Positions 60,608 to 64,000 of a stretch of DNA of 64,000 nucleotides are shown here, piece by piece. The notes beneath the pieces were generated by a model, which was given only the letters and a program-made list of their open reading frames with translations, was not told where the DNA came from and ran no database searches. This stretch comes from Heptranchias perlo (taxonomy: Eukaryota), in contig NC_090332.1 in assembly GCF_035084215.1 (NCBI RefSeq), positions 36,022,001 to 36,086,000 on the forward strand, written 5' to 3'. Positions within the stretch are counted from its first letter, which is position 1, and each line of letters starts with the position of its first letter. A program made the position numbers and the translations under genes.

Positions 60608-63600
60608 CTCCCAATTTGAACTTCACACAACACAATGCCCAGAACTCCAAACCACCTTCTCCATTGCATCTGTTAAGTGGCCCTTTAATAGTCAAGGTGG
60701 AATCGTGAGATGTGGGTTTGCATTATGCCCACTCACACGCAGTGGAGGTGTGAAACCGAAAGTAAAATGATACCGTAGCATCGCTGTTGAAATCGGACAT
60801 TCCCTCGCATCCCACGAAGTTGTGCATTTGTCGCCCAATCCCACCTCTGCGTAATTATCAGACCTATAATCTTCTCGAAACCCCTACAAATTCTAGAAAT
60901 TGAAATAAAAGCAGATAATGCAAGTACACAAATGGCTTGTCAGCATTCAGGTTCTGGGTTACACTGAAATCATTTATCCATTTTTTCTCCTATTCTTGCT
61001 GTGTAAATCTGTCTTAGTTTCAAATAACATGAGCATTAAGAAGAAATAAGTGTTTCCCCACTAACTGAAGTTAAGGGGATGCTGGCTTTGGAGATACTAA
61101 TATCCAAGTGGACATTAAGTCAAAAGTACAGATGTGAGAATACATGGACTACCAAGTGACATTTATAGACTGGCACAATTCATATACATACTTACCACCA
61201 TTTATCTTGGGCTTTCTACTCCACCAGACATAAATGGGCAAAATGCAAAAATAAACATTTGGACAGTTTCAAACCAGTTCTTAGTGGGCATGAGTGCACA
61301 TCACAACTTTCCCCATAATTTGCCGTGAATTACTGTTAAATTGCAATTTTCACTCAGAAAAGACTGCTATATGAGTTGGAACATCACACTATTGCAGTTT
61401 GAGATGTTCTGCTGAGGTAAGGTTGAAGGCTCACAGCTGAGGCAGAGTTTAGGGACATTTACTTTGCATGTATATGGCTGTGCTACCAAGTTATGTTTGC
61501 TTAACATATAAAAAGAAAAGAACCTGTCCCCTTTCTGAAAGTGTTGCACTACACTCAATTTATTGCATTTAATGTTCTGTGATAGTGATAATAATAGTAA
61601 TAACAGTAATAATAGTCCTTGGTAACAGCTGTTGTTTTACTCCATGCCCTTGATAGAACACTTGTTATGTGAAAACAGAATGACCAATTATGACATTATT
61701 TGTGCAGTAACATGGAATAATCTCCCTTTACAACATCAGATAGCAAGTATTCATGCCATACTGTTAACTAACATAAACCAGTTTGTGCTTTGTTGTTTTT
61801 ATCTAGTTCAGTTCCTGTCTCATGGTTCATTTACTCATGTATTTTATGCCTCTGTGTTGTTCTTAGTTTCTTCTTTTCTCTTTCCATTTATTTTTCTTGT
61901 GCCTTCTGATCTGAATTACTCTCTGTCAGCTGCTTAACTGATTTGCTTTTTTTGTTTATATATATATATGCCCTAATTTCTCATGTATTATTTTCTTTAT
62001 TCTTTGCATGGAACTTGTATTTTTTCAATTTCACCCTGTTATTTTTAGCGTTTCATCGCCTTCTTGCTTTTGAGTTCTATGAAAGTAGATTGTCCTGAAC
62101 GTTTGGTGTACTACCTGAGCATACATTGCAGGTCTCAGATGACACTGGTTTAAAGGTTAAGGATTTTCCAACAAAACTTTGCTCCTAATCTAACTGTAAT
62201 TATACGTTGCTAGATGAAGTCTTATTACTAATGTAAGCGAGCAGTTATGATGGAGGCACAAGGATTAAAAGAAAGAAAGCTGGGATTTTCCAAGTTTTAA
62301 AATATTCAGGCAAGAGCTCCCGGATTGAGTTTAATGATTCTATTTTGAAACAACATCAAAGCCTTTTCTGGCACTATGCGTCACCTTAATCAACACTCAC
62401 CAGCAAAGTTCAACCAATAGTGAAAAATTATTTATCAAATATTTTGGAAAGTTTCTTTTGGCAACAGCACAAGATAATTAAATGCTGAAAACTTGTGAAA
62501 ACTAGAAAAATGTGCTGATCTACATTGGATCAGACTGAAGTACCTTCCTTTGTATTGTTTCATTGCACCACCATAGGTTCGAATCCAATCTCACCGTGAA
62601 TCGACCTACCTGACAACTGATTTTCTGCTGCATACCCTGTTAAGAAATCCTATTTTTCTATCAACTGACTACATTATCAAACACAAAACTGCACATTCAT
62701 TTAGGTTGCCACTGCTTAAGAAGACCAGATCAAAACACTTGCTCTTTCACATGCTACAAAGATTAAGGGGTGAGAGCCCAGGCAGTGTCCATTAGCCTCT
62801 GTAAAGCCTTGCTGAAAAAGTGAGACTAACTTAGTCATACCTCTCCAACATGCTTTACCTGGAGTTTATGTTTCAAGTTCATTTGTTTCCTTATCTTTCC
62901 GTTGCAATACCAAACACTGAGGCTATCTGGTACTTTTGACTTCACTTTCCAACACTGTCATTATCTTGGTCTAGTGGTGGTCCGAATCACATCAAACTAT
63001 TTGTGGGAATCTCATTGTCAAGGTTACCTTAGCAACAGCCCCTGTATGTTCAATGTTTATTACAAAATATAACTCACAGTCCTTTCCTACTTTCTTTTCT
63101 CCATTCCTTATTTATTTTGCCGTTTGCTTATTTTATATTTTCTGTCTATCTACTGTTCCTTTAATCCCAAAAGGGGATATAATAGAACAAAAACATGGTA
63201 CATCAATGAAACTAGTAAATGGTTCAGTATAATTTTTTTAAGTCATTTTCAGAGATTTAAAATCAGGTTACTCACAGGTAGAGGACTGGACAGTCTTATT
63301 AAAAATGCTTATTTTTGTGATAAACCCATTTTCAACTGTATTAGTAAAACTGCACCAGGTTACCACTGTTAAATACATCAATGAATTTTTTAATGCAAAG
63401 AAAATAAACGATTCCGTTCTATTATGCTGACCGATTGCACTGGTACATGGAAAATTTGACGTTTGGGGTTATGCAAATGCATTTGTGATTATGCAAATAC
63501 ATTAAACTGTAACCTAATCAGTGCAATTTCTAGCACAACGTTTGCCCAATTAACCGATTGCCCCCAAAACAGTTAATTGGCATAGCATTTATTGCTTTTT

Positions 63601-63796
63601 CCAGGAGTCATTCCATTTTTCCACTAATATATGGCTGGCTCTTCGCAGTCTTTCCTCCAGTGTAAACCAACCCAATTCTAGAGCCTCATGACATCCGATC
63701 ATCTTACTGATTCTTCCCGGGCCCCTTTCTTATTCATTAATCTCTTGTTGAATGCAGGGTCTCCAAAACTACACACACTATTTTAAATATATACGA

Positions 63797-63957
63797 TTGG
63801 AATTTCAACGGGGGCTCTCCCGAACTCTGACCGTAACTTTGGCAGCGGATCAGTGGAATCCCTGGAAATGGTCGTTTTAACCATTTACACCGATTCTCTC
63901 AGGGTTCCGTCTAAGTTACAGCAGGAGATGGAGAGAAGCCCTGTGGAAATTGTACCT
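63797..63957. mobile_element. Short MITE with long imperfect TIRs
   Basis: aatttcaacgggggctctccc...gtaactttggc versus the reverse complement of the right arm aatttccacagggcttctctcc...gtaacttagac. Confidence 0.6.
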
Positions 63958-64000
63958 GTAATTATCAATAAGTTCGATTGGGTTAATATAATCTGTTTCA

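Larger units (their letters stand above)
56864..60864. mobile_element. PIF/Harbinger DNA transposon (copy 3)
   Basis: Probable TAT TSD, weak TIRs, transposase on plus and Myb/SANT on minus, same layout as copy 2. Confidence 0.85.

Overview
Vertebrate non-coding DNA, very probably from a cartilaginous fish (shark-type CR1 LINEs with (ATTCTATG)n/(TATGTTC)n tails, Deu-domain SINEs, Penelope-type termini). Most recognisable sequence is nested transposable elements, and I could not establish any intact host gene. The window holds many CR1 fragments, one L2, three roughly 4-kb PIF/Harbinger DNA transposons (convergent DDE transposase plus spliced Myb/SANT gene), a swarm of Harbinger-type MITEs, tRNA-derived SINEs and a Penelope-like terminus with a minimal hammerhead ribozyme. 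The standout is a young 3.3-kb EN+RT retrotransposon on the minus strand (about 50817-54113). It starts with a tRNA-Thr-like head carrying A and B boxes and has no ORF1. It has no in-frame AUG ahead of or within its endonuclease domain, and by my manual scan not a single TTTT (Pol III terminator) on its sense strand. A 16-bp complementarity links its 5' UTR to its stop-codon region. Together these suggest an RNA polymerase III-transcribed autonomous LINE. All coordinates were read by eye and may be off by a few bases.
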